Positions 39,262 through 48,504 of a DNA stretch of 64,000 nt are shown in pieces. Positions within the stretch are counted from its first letter, which is position 1. The number at the start of each line of letters is the position of its first letter. A model generated the notes under the pieces. It was given only the letters and a program-made list of their open reading frames with translations. It was not told where the DNA came from and made no database searches. The position numbers were made by a program, and so were the translations under genes. This stretch comes from Trueperaceae bacterium (lineage in GTDB: Bacteria; Deinococcota; Deinococci; Deinococcales; Trueperaceae), in the NCBI GenBank assembly GCA_965215565.1, contig CBDCDZ010000004.1, forward strand, positions 3,936,001 through 4,000,000. Reading direction: 5' to 3'.

Positions 39262-39834
39262 CTAAGGCTGCATAATGACGCCACACGCGACACGGCTGCC
39301 GCTGTCGCCGCCGGGGTCCGTGATGTAATCATCCGCGTCTCCATGAATGATCAACGCGCTGCCGTCGCTGTCAAAAAGCGTACGCTCGCCGTCCACCGTA
39401 ACGAGCGCTGTCGTCACCACGTAGTCCACGGTGCCGTTCTCGCTCACCATGAGGTTGGGCAAATCGCCCGCGTGAGGTCCCTCTGGGTTGAGCAGTCCGT
39501 GCTGCGCGCCCGCCGGGTTATAGTGTCCGCCCGCGCTTTCAAAGTCAGGTGCGCTGCATTCGCCCACCTCGTGAATGTGAACGCCGTGCTCGCCCGGCGC
39601 GAGCCCCGAGCCCTCCGAGAGACCGACTTGAACGGTGACAAAACCTGAGTCATCCATGCCCGTCGTGAAGTTCGCGTCGCCGATGACGTTGCCGTCTGCG
39701 TCCATAATTTCCGCCGTCGCCACTAAGTTCGCACTCTCGGAAGGGGACACGCCGCCCTCTGCGCCGCCCGTATCCTGCGCGTGAACGAGACCGAGCGTCA
39801 GCGTGACCGTTAAAAAAGCTATGAGTTTAGGCAT
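39262..39834 (-). CDS. sodC: Cu/Zn superoxide dismutase, secreted
   Basis: Signal peptide; HGVHIHE, GGHYNP, HG...HAGDLPN, IIH, RVACGVI. Confidence 0.92.
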   Translation of the reverse strand: MPKLIAFLTVTLTLGLVHAQDTGGAEGGVSPSESANLVATAEIMDADGNVIGDANFTTGMDDSGFVTVQVGLSEGSGLAPGEHGVHIHEVGECSAPDFESAGGHYNPAGAQHGLLNPEGPHAGDLPNLMVSENGTVDYVVTTALVTVDGERTLFDSDGSALIIHGDADDYITDPGGDSGSRVACGVIMQP

Positions 39835-40165
39835 AAATGCTCTCCAATCGCTAGGACCTTATCCTACCGGGACGAAATACGTCTTGTTGACAGTGCACCT
39901 CACAATGTTTCGTTTCGTCACCCCTGTATAAAACGGCTCCTCGGCGCTTTCGTAGTGGTCTCGAGCGAGGTTTGGAGGTGTTCTTGACGGTGTGGTCTGC
40001 GCCAGAGAAGAGGTCGGGTGCAACCTGAGACTCGGACACAACTCGTTTAGCTCCGTTCAGCATGGTGAAACTAGCGGCGAACCTCAAGATAGCCAGTTTT
40101 CTTGTCCTCAACAGTATTCTCCAAGAACCTCGAAGAGCGTTATGCAGACTTTCGTCTAGGTTTGA

Positions 40166-40267
40166 GTGCAACCTCTTGACGAATAACGTATACGGGTGTA
40201 TAATGCTTTTTATCAATCAGTAAGAAGCCGCGCCCCCAAGGATTGTTTATGGGCGAGCGCTTTTTTT
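40166..40267 (+). ncRNA. Promoter plus short terminated RNA cassette, copy D
   Basis: TTGACG(40176)-N17-TATAAT(40199); GC-rich hairpin ending GAGCGC plus T7. Confidence 0.65.
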
Positions 40268-40382
40268 ATCGCTTCCTACGCTTACCGGGGTAGATGCTCG
40301 GGACTCGCTCATCTCTACGGCTTCTACTACAGTGTCTTCGCCGCTGAGTCTTTATGGTTTCAAGATGGGAGAGGGGTAAGCC

Positions 40383-40553
40383 ATGAACGAAGACCAGCGC
40401 AGAGAGTACGACGCTCTAATTCGCGGCATTATGGACCAAGCCGAAGAGATGAAAAACCCGGAGGACGACGAGGAGATGCTCTTTAGTAGAGTGAGTGACC
40501 TCTCGAGCAAGGTGGACGAGCTGCGGGACTTGCTAGGGACGATATACAGTTAA
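40383..40553 (+). CDS. Small acidic helical protein (56 aa), below ORF-track cutoff
   Basis: GGAGAGGGG RBS; MNEDQRREYDALIRGIMDQAEEMKNPEDDEEMLFSRVSDLSSKVDELRDLLGTIYS. Confidence 0.65.
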   Translation: MNEDQRREYDALIRGIMDQAEEMKNPEDDEEMLFSRVSDLSSKVDELRDLLGTIYS

Positions 40554-40729
40554 TAGCAGGTATCATCTGGTCAGCTACGCCCTCGCCAAAAAGAACATCG
40601 TTTCCTTCGGAAAACTTCGTCTGCTTCGCAGCTTTCAGAAATTAGCACGCACTTGATTGTGATGAAGTTCCGTTACAGCAAAGCTGTGAAATCTGCGGAG
40701 AAGTGGTGCAACGATAAATGGAACTGCTA
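40554..40729 (-). mobile_element. MITE-like copy (reverse) with internal insertions, 176 bp
   Basis: Starts TAGCAGGTATCATCTGGT, ends TGGAACTGCTA. Confidence 0.7.
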
Positions 40730-40921
40730 TAAAACAGAGGTTGAGGGCGTGCGCCCGACTCGGGTACACGCCTTTTAGGTTGCATCGGCGTTCGATTTCA
40801 AGAGGTACGCCGGAAACCCTCACGTTACCTAAAGTTTGCATCCTTTCCCCTCGCTTCTCCGTTCAGCACGGTAAGTCTCAGCTTCGAGAAGTATGAAACA
40901 TCAACAGAATCTAAACAGAAC

Positions 40922-42703
40922 CTAGTTGCTGGCGAGCGGGTCTCGAGCCGTTCGACTGCCGGTTTGCACCTGCCAGAGTCCTGCGTAGATGCCGCTATCT
41001 TCCAGCAGCGTTTCGTGTTGCCCCGCTTCGGCAAGTCGTCCATGCTCTAGCACATAAATTTTATCTGCGTTGCGAATCGTTGATAGCCTATGCGCGATGA
41101 GGATGACCGTGCGGTTCTCCGAAATCTTCTCGAGTGAGCGCTGAATCGCCGCCTCAGTCTCATTGTCCACCGCTGAGGTTGCCTCGTCCAAGATCAAGAT
41201 GGGCGGGTCTTTGAGGACCGCTCTAGCAATCGAGATGCGCTGACGCTGCCCGCCCGAGAGCTTCTGACCTCGTTCGCCTACAACCGTGTCGTAGCCGTTC
41301 GGCAAGCTCTGAATAAACTCGTGCGCTTCGGCGATTTTGGCGGCGCGAACGATGCGCTCTTTATCTGCGTCCAAGTCACCGTAAACGATATTTTCCCACA
41401 CCGTCCCGTGAAACAAAAAGACGTCCTGGCTGACGAAGCCAATAGCGCTACGTAGACTTTTCATCTGCAAATCGCGCAAGTCTACACCGTCCAGCGTCAC
41501 TTGCCCTTGGGTAGGGTCATAGAAGCGCAGCAGTAACTTGATGAGCGTGCTCTTGCCCGCGCCCGTCGCGCCGACGATGGCGGTGGCCTCACCTTCTCGC
41601 ATGGTGAGCGAGAGGTTGTGCAAGACGCTGGGACCATCCTTGTAAGCGAAGCTGACCTCTTCCAAACGGATTTCGCCGCGCACCTTGTCTAAAACTTTAG
41701 AACCGTCCGTCATGCTCGAGTCCGTATCGAGCAGGTTCAAAATCCGCCTCGTGGACGCCATCGCCCGCTGGTAGAGGTCCAACGTCTGCCCGAGCCGTGT
41801 GAGGGGCCACAAAAGCCGCTGAGTCATAAAAACCAATACGCTATAGACGCCCACCGCCATCGCCCCGCTCGTTGTAAGGTAGCCGCCGTACACGAGCGTC
41901 GCGATAAAGCCCATCACAATCGCCATGCGAATGATCGGCACAAAGAGCGAGCTGAGCCGAATCGCCTTTTTATTGCTCTCGCGGTACTCGTCACTGCCCT
42001 CTTCAATCCTCTTCGCTTCGAACGCCTCCGCCGCGAAGCTCTTGATCGTCGCAATGCCGCTCAAATTGTTTGCAAGCTGTGAGTTTAAGAGCCCAACACG
42101 CTCGCGCACCTCCGCGTAGCGCGGCACGATGCGTTTTTGAAACCGTAGCGAACCCCAGATAATCACGGGCATCGGCAAAAAGGCGAGCCACGCCACCCCC
42201 GGAGCCGCCGCGAAGAAGATCGCCCCGATGATGAGGACCGTCGTCACGAGCTGCACGATGTCGTTCGCGCCCACGTCCAAAAAGCGCTCCAACTGGTTGA
42301 TGTCGTCGTTCAAGATGGACAAGAGCCCGCCCGTCGAACGGTCCTCAAAGTACGCCAACTCCAAGTTCTGCACGTGGTCGTAGGTTTCCACCCGCAGTTC
42401 ATGCTGCAAGGTCTGCGCGAGGTTACGCCACAGCACCTCCGCGATGTAATCCGTGACCGACTCCAAGCCCCATACGATGAGGGTGATCGCCGCTAAGACC
42501 CAAAGCTGCGTCATCACGTCCACAAGCCCGAACCGCGCCAAAAAGGAGTCTTGCTGCTGCACCACGGTGTCCACCGCCACGCCGATCAAGAGGGGCGGCG
42601 TGAGGTCGAAGGCTCTATTCCCGATGGAGGCGATGACGGACCAGACGACGTGGGTGCGGTGGTTGCGGGCGTAGTGCCAGAGGCGCGTGAGGGGGTGGGA
42701 CAT
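40922..42703 (-). CDS. ABC exporter, fused permease and ATPase (MsbA-like)
   Basis: [34 protein letters not shown]; six TM segments. Confidence 0.93.
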   Translation of the reverse strand: MSHPLTRLWHYARNHRTHVVWSVIASIGNRAFDLTPPLLIGVAVDTVVQQQDSFLARFGLVDVMTQLWVLAAITLIVWGLESVTDYIAEVLWRNLAQTLQHELRVETYDHVQNLELAYFEDRSTGGLLSILNDDINQLERFLDVGANDIVQLVTTVLIIGAIFFAAAPGVAWLAFLPMPVIIWGSLRFQKRIVPRYAEVRERVGLLNSQLANNLSGIATIKSFAAEAFEAKRIEEGSDEYRESNKKAIRLSSLFVPIIRMAIVMGFIATLVYGGYLTTSGAMAVGVYSVLVFMTQRLLWPLTRLGQTLDLYQRAMASTRRILNLLDTDSSMTDGSKVLDKVRGEIRLEEVSFAYKDGPSVLHNLSLTMREGEATAIVGATGAGKSTLIKLLLRFYDPTQGQVTLDGVDLRDLQMKSLRSAIGFVSQDVFLFHGTVWENIVYGDLDADKERIVRAAKIAEAHEFIQSLPNGYDTVVGERGQKLSGGQRQRISIARAVLKDPPILILDEATSAVDNETEAAIQRSLEKISENRTVILIAHRLSTIRNADKIYVLEHGRLAEAGQHETLLEDSGIYAGLWQVQTGSRTARDPLASN

Positions 42704-42718
42704 GGTTTAGGCTACCTC

Positions 42719-43090
42719 ATGAACTATATAGACCTCATCACTTTGGCTCACCAAGTGGCGCGTCCCATCTATCCGAGTGAGTCTTGTCGAGCGGGGACGG
42801 TTGGTGCAGCTATCGTGTCTTCTTCTGACAATGTCTACACAGGTATCTGTCTGGACTTCTCGTGCAGCTTAGGGTTTTGTGCGGAGCACGCGGCAATTGC
42901 AGACATGCTCAAGCATCGCGAGTCGGAGATCGCTCGAGTTGTGGCGGTAACGCATACGGGAGAGGTGCTGCCCCCTTGCGGACGCTGCCGGGAGATGATG
43001 TGGCAACTGAACGAAAAGAACAGGGAGGCGACTATTATTCTTAGCACGAGTGAAACGAGACCTCTTTGTGAGTTGTTGCCGCTTCGGTAG
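42719..43090 (+). CDS. Cytidine deaminase-family protein
   Basis: VGAAI, CAEHAAI, PPCGRCRE; start moved to ATG 42719 (TAGGCT-N5-ATG). Confidence 0.88.
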   Translation: MNYIDLITLAHQVARPIYPSESCRAGTVGAAIVSSSDNVYTGICLDFSCSLGFCAEHAAIADMLKHRESEIARVVAVTHTGEVLPPCGRCREMMWQLNEKNREATIILSTSETRPLCELLPLR

Positions 43091-43177
43091 CTCGAGCAAC
43101 CACCACCGAAAGGCTACAGTCTCCGTGCTAAACTCACTTCACAGCGCTAAGGCGTCATCTCACTACGGAGTTATCTT

Positions 43178-44131
43178 GTGAAAATCATTCTTCCAGGGGG
43201 TTCAGGTCAAGTTGGATCGCTGTTGGCTCGAGCCTTTCACACGGGCGGGCACGACATTACCGTGCTGAGCCGACAGCCAACCTCTAGCCCCTGGCATACT
43301 GCCGCTTGGGACGGTGAAAACCTCGGTCCTTGGGCGGAAACGTTTGAAGGCGCAGATGTGGTCATTAACCTCGCGGGGAAAAATGTCAACTGCCGCTACA
43401 CGCCGGAAAACAAGCGCGAGATCATGCGCTCACGGGTCGATTCGACGCGGGTTGTCGGCGAGGCTATCGCGCGGTGCAAACGTCCGCCGAAGCTATGGCT
43501 CCAGTCGAGCACTGCGACGATCTACGCGCACCGCTACGACGCACCGAATGGCGAATTGACAGGCATCATCGGCGGCAACGAGCCGGACGCGCCGCGGGGT
43601 TGGGACTACAGCGTCGAGGTCGCTAAAGCGTGGGAAGCCGCCGTTGACGAGGCTAAGGTTCCCCGTACGAGAACGCTCAAGCTGCGCTCCGCCATGATCA
43701 TGAGCCCGGACGAGGGCGGCATCTTCGCGACACTGCTTCGCCTCGTTCGCTTTGGGTTAGGCGGCAGGGCAGGCGACGGGCGGCAGTACGTATCGTGGAT
43801 TCACGAGCGCGACTTCGTCCGCGCTCTATATTGGCTGATTGAGCATGAGCAGTTAGAGGGTGCTATGAACCTCTCCGCGCCCAACCCCTTGCCCTACGCG
43901 GACTTCATGCGGGAGTTGCGGGAGAGTGCAGGCGTACCTATAGGGCTACCTGCAACCGAGTGGATGTTAGACCTTGGCACGTGGCTACTCCGAACGGAGA
44001 CGGAACTCGTTTTGAAAAGTCGGCGGGTCGCGCCGACGCGGTTGCTGAAAAGTGGCTTCTCGTTCGACTATCCCGAATGGTCCGGGGCTGCGGATGAGCT
44101 GTGTGAGCGGTTTAAGAAGCGGCGTGACTAG
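43178..44131 (+). CDS. TIGR01777-family oxidoreductase (epimerase/DUF1731)
   Basis: PGGSGQVG, VINLAG, SRVDST, GDGRQYVSWIH, LKSRRVAP. Confidence 0.9.
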   Translation: MKIILPGGSGQVGSLLARAFHTGGHDITVLSRQPTSSPWHTAAWDGENLGPWAETFEGADVVINLAGKNVNCRYTPENKREIMRSRVDSTRVVGEAIARCKRPPKLWLQSSTATIYAHRYDAPNGELTGIIGGNEPDAPRGWDYSVEVAKAWEAAVDEAKVPRTRTLKLRSAMIMSPDEGGIFATLLRLVRFGLGGRAGDGRQYVSWIHERDFVRALYWLIEHEQLEGAMNLSAPNPLPYADFMRELRESAGVPIGLPATEWMLDLGTWLLRTETELVLKSRRVAPTRLLKSGFSFDYPEWSGAADELCERFKKRRD

Positions 44132-44710
44132 GTGAGCAAGAATCTCAAACGCACCAGTAAATTTTTAAGTCTCGTGCTGCGGCATAAGCCGGAGGTCATC
44201 GACTTGTCGCTTGATGCAAACGGCTGGGCAGACATCGGCGCCCTCCTCTTTGCGGCGCAGCGTCACGGTCATCCGCTCACCAAAGACCTCTTAGACGAAG
44301 TCGTTTTTACCAATGACAAGCAGCGTTTCGCTTACAGCCCGGACGGGTCGAAGATTCGGGCGAATCAGGGACATTCGGTGACGGTGAATTTAGAGCTTGA
44401 ACTCACTAAGCCGCCCCTTGTGCTCTATCACGGCACGGTGGCAAAATTTTTAGAGTCGATAAGGGTGTCTGGGCTCGAGAAGCGAAACAGGCAGCACGTC
44501 CACCTCTCCGCAACGGTTGAAACAGCGCGGCGCGTCGGCGCACGTCGCGGTGAGCCTGTTGTTCTCTCAGTTGACGCCAGAACCATGCACGAAGAGGGCT
44601 ATCTCTTTTACCTCTCCGCTAATGGCGTCTGGCTGACGGAGGTGGTTCCTCCAGTCTACATCGGCGAACTCAGCAATTGGAAACCAATTGGCAAGAAGAA
44701 ACGAGGGTAA
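44132..44710 (+). CDS. kptA: RNA 2'-phosphotransferase (Tpt1/KptA)
   Basis: SKFLSLVLRHKP, NDKQRF, IRANQGHS, LYHGT, RQHVHLS, NGVWLT. Confidence 0.93.
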   Translation: MSKNLKRTSKFLSLVLRHKPEVIDLSLDANGWADIGALLFAAQRHGHPLTKDLLDEVVFTNDKQRFAYSPDGSKIRANQGHSVTVNLELELTKPPLVLYHGTVAKFLESIRVSGLEKRNRQHVHLSATVETARRVGARRGEPVVLSVDARTMHEEGYLFYLSANGVWLTEVVPPVYIGELSNWKPIGKKKRG

Positions 44711-44752
44711 AAGCGCTGTCTGACCCCTCAACCCTACGTGCTAAACTACCTT

Positions 44753-44968
44753 ATGAAGTTCACAGCCGTATTCGAAAAAGTATCTAAAGGCTACATCGGC
44801 TTTACCCTGGAACTGCCGGGCGCAAATACTCAGGGAGAAACGCTCGAGGAAGCCCGTGAAAATTTGAAAGAGGCGGTTGAACTTGTACTTGAAGCGAACC
44901 GCACTCTAGCTGAGGAATCGTTACGAGGACGTGAGGTTATCAAAGAAAACTTTCTGTTGACTGCTTAG
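44753..44968 (+). CDS. hicB: HicB-family antitoxin
   Basis: ELPGANTQGETLEEARENLKEAVELVLE. Confidence 0.88.
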   Translation: MKFTAVFEKVSKGYIGFTLELPGANTQGETLEEARENLKEAVELVLEANRTLAEESLRGREVIKENFLLTA

Positions 44969-45153
44969 TAAAGCGCCGTAACCTTGTCAAGCATCTCGAG
45001 AAGAGCGGCTGCTAGTCCTTCCGTAAAGGTGGTAGGCATACGGTTTACGTCAACCGCTCGGCTGGCAAGTCCTCTGCTGTACTAAGACACCGCGAAATCA
45101 ACGACAACCTCGCTAAGAAGATTTGTAAGGACCTAGAAATTTCTGTGCCATAG
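44968..45153 (+). pseudogene. hicA: Inactivated HicA toxin
   Basis: (GTA)KRRNLVKHLEKSGC*SFRKGGRHTVYVNRSAGKSSAVLRHREINDNLAKKICKDLEISVP*; no start codon, in-frame TAG at 45013-45015. Confidence 0.85.
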
Positions 45154-45159
45154 CTATCT

Positions 45160-45375
45160 CTACACCTTATCGTCCGGCAGGTTTTCGTCCGGTCCTTCAC
45201 GTATCTCGGGGTCAGGCTGGTCGGGCATCTCTCTAGGCTCGGGCGGCGTTTCTAGGTCGTCCGGGGTTTCAATAGGTCGCTCAGTGGGCGGCGCGGCGGG
45301 CGCGTTCCCTGGCGTTTGCACCGGCGCGTCGTTCGGGCTCGGCATGGTGGGCTGCTGTGGGTTGTAGTCGTTCAT
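45160..45375 (-). CDS. Small Pro/Asp/Glu-rich disordered protein
   Basis: AGAGGGGG RBS; MNDYNPQQPTMPSPNDAP... Confidence 0.6.
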   Translation of the reverse strand: MNDYNPQQPTMPSPNDAPVQTPGNAPAAPPTERPIETPDDLETPPEPREMPDQPDPEIREGPDENLPDDKV

Positions 45376-45450
45376 GGATATATCCCCCTCTAACCTCACT
45401 ATGCGCCACATCGCGGTGGAAAACAACGCCTTTAGGCTACGATTGACCTC

Positions 45451-45942
45451 ATGGCAAAGTTTAATTACGACTTAGATTTTGACTCCATAGACTTCCGCGA
45501 GCAGCCCGAGCTTTACCGCGTCGGCAGGGGCGAGCAGGGTGTCTTGAAGGTTGAGCCCTATAAAAGCGAAATCCTCCCGCACTGGCGTTTCAAAACACCC
45601 GACATCGCTGAAGCGTCTTCAGAGAAAATACTGGAGATGTTCTACGAATATCTGGATAACGGAGATTTTGTCGGCGCGGACATGGCGCGTAAGTTCTTGC
45701 AGATGGGCTGGACGCGCTCGAGGCGCTACGCCAACCATAAGGGCGGCAAGAAGTATAAGGGTGCTGTTCCAGATGACAAAAAAGGGCAGAGCGGCGCACA
45801 TGGACGCGAAGAATTGCCCCGCGAAATCGACGAAGAAAAAGCCCGCTCAGCCGAAATTTTTTACGGAAAGTACGTCGAGGCGCGGGAGAACGAGCGGTAC
45901 AAGGAGATGAAAGAGAAGCATAAAAAGAGCAATGAGCGATGA
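45451..45942 (+). CDS. DUF4385-family protein
   Basis: YRVGRGEQGVL..EPYKSEILPHWRFKTP...DMARKFLQMGWTRSRRYANH. Confidence 0.85.
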   Translation: MAKFNYDLDFDSIDFREQPELYRVGRGEQGVLKVEPYKSEILPHWRFKTPDIAEASSEKILEMFYEYLDNGDFVGADMARKFLQMGWTRSRRYANHKGGKKYKGAVPDDKKGQSGAHGREELPREIDEEKARSAEIFYGKYVEARENERYKEMKEKHKKSNER

Positions 45943-46059
45943 GTTTTTGGATTTCACTCATTGCTCATTAGGTTAAGGCTGAAAGCCGTTGCACTTCGTG
46001 CTCACCTATAAGAGCCTTTGAGCTTTGCTCTAACCTATGCTTTTAACTCATTGCTGCTT

Positions 46060-46308
46060 TTAGTCTATCCACCCGTACGTATCTTTCTCTTCCCCCGGCT
46101 GATACGTCCCCTCGCGCCCGCAGTTGCCGCACTTCGCTTCGACTTCTGCCGCTTCCTTGCCGCCACCGCCCTCGGCGGGGTCACTCGCGAGTTCGACGTG
46201 GACGTCGCTCGAGCCGCAGTTGGGGCACTCGGTCTTCTCGTTGCGCTGAAATGTTTGCCAGAGAGCCTCGAGTTCGTCGTGTGTGTAGTGTTCCTGCGTG
46301 GTTGCCAT
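46060..46308 (-). CDS. Small zinc-ribbon protein
   Basis: CPNC...CGNC; TACACT-N6-ATG. Confidence 0.7.
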   Translation of the reverse strand: MATTQEHYTHDELEALWQTFQRNEKTECPNCGSSDVHVELASDPAEGGGGKEAAEVEAKCGNCGREGTYQPGEEKDTYGWID

Positions 46309-46496
46309 GCCTCAAGTGTACGTGCAACCTTTCACAAAGAAAGTAGACCGCAACCCTGTAGCGCCGCGTAGAAGTTCACAGTTCTCCGCAGAGGACGCTT
46401 ATAGAAAATATGACGCTGTCCTACCCTCTCACAAGAGGTGACTCGCTATAGTTCTTGGAGTGAAGTGCGCTTTTACACGCACTTGGAAAGGAACTT

Positions 46497-47393
46497 ATGG
46501 CACAACAGGAAAATATGCAGGGTAAAGTCTGCTTAGTTACGGGCGCAAGCTCAGGCATTGGACACGAGCTTGCAAAGGCGTTGGCGCGAACAGGGGCGAC
46601 GGTAGTGACGGTCTCACGTGGTGGTGGCAGCGGCGACGAGAAGACCTCGCAGATTCGCCGTGAGACGGGCAACAGCGAGGTCATCTTCATGCCCGCTGAC
46701 CTCTCGTCCACGAGTGAGGTGCGCAACCTTGCGGCGCGGTTCAAGGCACGCTTTGACCGCCTCGACGTGTTGGTCAACAACGCAGGCATCTTCATGTCTA
46801 AACGTCAGCTCACTGAGGATGGGTACGAGAAAACGTTTGCGCTCAACCACCTCGCGCCCTTTTTGCTCACACACCTCTTGATGGAGCCGTTAGTGAGAAG
46901 TGCGCCTGCGCGCATCATCACGACTTCCTCCAAAGCGGAGAGCTTCGGCAAGATGAACTTTGACGATTTGATGCTGGAAAATTACGGCGGCTGGAAGGCC
47001 TACGGTCAGTCCAAGCTCGCCAATTTGCTCTTCACCTATGAGTTGAGCAAGCGGCTTTTAGGCACGGGCGTCGCGGCGAACGCCTTTCACCCAGGCGGCG
47101 TGGCGACGGGCTTCGGGCTCAACAACGACGGATTTGTGTCGCTGCTTTTCGGCACGGTGATAAGACCGCTTCTTAAAACGCCCGAGGAGGGCGCGCAGAG
47201 CGGCATTTACCTGGCGTCTTCGCCTAACGCAGAGGGGGTGACGGGGCGCTACTACATCGACGAGATGCCCGCGACCTCGTCCAAACGCTCCTACGACGTG
47301 AACACGCAGAAACGGCTGTGGACCGAAAGCGAGCGGCTGGTAGGGTTGAGTAAAGAGGAGAGCGCGCCGCTCAATCTTGCGGGCGTGGTGTAG
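46497..47393 (+). CDS. SDR oxidoreductase (retinol dehydrogenase-like)
   Basis: TGASSGIG, NNAG, NHLAPFLLT, YGQSKLAN, HPG. Confidence 0.92.
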   Translation: MAQQENMQGKVCLVTGASSGIGHELAKALARTGATVVTVSRGGGSGDEKTSQIRRETGNSEVIFMPADLSSTSEVRNLAARFKARFDRLDVLVNNAGIFMSKRQLTEDGYEKTFALNHLAPFLLTHLLMEPLVRSAPARIITTSSKAESFGKMNFDDLMLENYGGWKAYGQSKLANLLFTYELSKRLLGTGVAANAFHPGGVATGFGLNNDGFVSLLFGTVIRPLLKTPEEGAQSGIYLASSPNAEGVTGRYYIDEMPATSSKRSYDVNTQKRLWTESERLVGLSKEESAPLNLAGVV

Positions 47394-48017
47394 ATGCCTC
47401 CTGAGCAACCGGCTAAGCGTGCGCAAACGGACTATGAGGTCTTGGATTTGATCGAAAAACGCTGGAGCCCGAGGGCATTTGCAGATAGACCCGTCGAGCA
47501 GGAGAAACTCTTGAGCGTTTTAGAGGCGGCGCGCTGGGCGTCCTCCTCGAACAACCGCCAGCCTTGGCGCTTTATCGTAACGCGGAAGGGTGAGGCGAGC
47601 TTCGGCGCGCTCCTCGGCACGTTGCGCGAAGGCAACGTGAGCTGGGCGCAGCGCGCGCCCGTACTTATCTTGAGCCTCGCGGAAAAGGAGTTTCCGGCTC
47701 GAGGAGATAAGCCCGCGCGGGCGAACCGCCACGCCTGGCACGACGTCGGCGCGGCGGTCAACACGCTCACCTTGCAAGCCGCAGCGCTCGGCCTCTATGT
47801 TCACCAGATGGCGGGCTTTTACCCTGAAAAGGCGGCGGAGGTGTTCGAGGTGCCGGGCATGTTTGAACCCGTCGCGGTTTCAGCGCTCGGTTACTTGGGC
47901 GACCCTGACGATTTGTCAGAGCCTTTACGCGAGCGCGAACTTGCCGAGAGGACGCGCAAGCCGCTCGGTGAGCTTGTCTTTGGGAAGAGGTTTGGCGAGC
48001 CGTGGGCGGGGCTCTGA
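47394..48017 (+). CDS. Nitroreductase-family protein
   Basis: RWSPRAF, EAARWASSSNNRQPWRF, HQMAGF, RTRKPL. Confidence 0.92.
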   Translation: MPPEQPAKRAQTDYEVLDLIEKRWSPRAFADRPVEQEKLLSVLEAARWASSSNNRQPWRFIVTRKGEASFGALLGTLREGNVSWAQRAPVLILSLAEKEFPARGDKPARANRHAWHDVGAAVNTLTLQAAALGLYVHQMAGFYPEKAAEVFEVPGMFEPVAVSALGYLGDPDDLSEPLRERELAERTRKPLGELVFGKRFGEPWAGL

Positions 48018-48312
48018 TCTATCCACCCGCTCGTAGACGTTGAATGTCTCGTAACTGCCTTACCCGGACGACGTCTTTTTTGCGCCTCGGTATGGTCAGG
48101 GTTGCTAAGAGGTCGTCGGGATGACCTGCTCGGACCTCTTGTCCGTGCGGAGAAGTGTAGCAATGATAAGTGGAATTGCTATAGCAAACGCGGCACGTCA
48201 GGTGCCCGTCTGTGCTGAACTTGTGGCATCCACACAGCACAAAAGCCAGGCGCTAGTTTGACTACGCCTGACTTCGCTGTGCTTAAATCTCAGCTATGGA
48301 ATAATTAAAAGG

Positions 48313-48504
48313 TCAAATTCCCTCTGACTGCGGCATCACCAACCACAAGATGATGTAAAGAATCAGCCCGCCCCCCGAAAAGAGCGTCAAAAGCACGAAA
48401 ATCACGCGCACCAACGTTGCGTCGATGTCGAAGTAGCGTGCTAAACCGCCACAAACCCCTGCGATTTTTTTATCCAAGCTGCTGCGTACGAGTCTCTTTT
48501 CCAT
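48313..48504 (-). CDS. PspC-domain protein
   Basis: [27 protein letters not shown]...YIILWLVMP. Confidence 0.9.
   Translation of the reverse strand: MEKRLVRSSLDKKIAGVCGGLARYFDIDATLVRVIFVLLTLFSGGGLILYIILWLVMPQSEGI

Noticed and set aside
39851..40216. 121-aa minus-strand ORF as a real gene
   Set aside because: It overlaps the promoter cassette, has no RBS, and the homologous frame at ~35270 contains a stop; only the short core is kept as a finding.
32921..40267. Four 39-bp repeats read as CRISPR repeats or dif/attC sites
   Set aside because: They are 1-5 kb apart, match a -35/-10 promoter, and lack XerC/D arm symmetry or attC R-box structure.
45013..45015. Programmed readthrough (e.g. pyrrolysine) of the TAG in hicA
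   Set aside because: The start codon is also lost, so simple pseudogenisation explains it.
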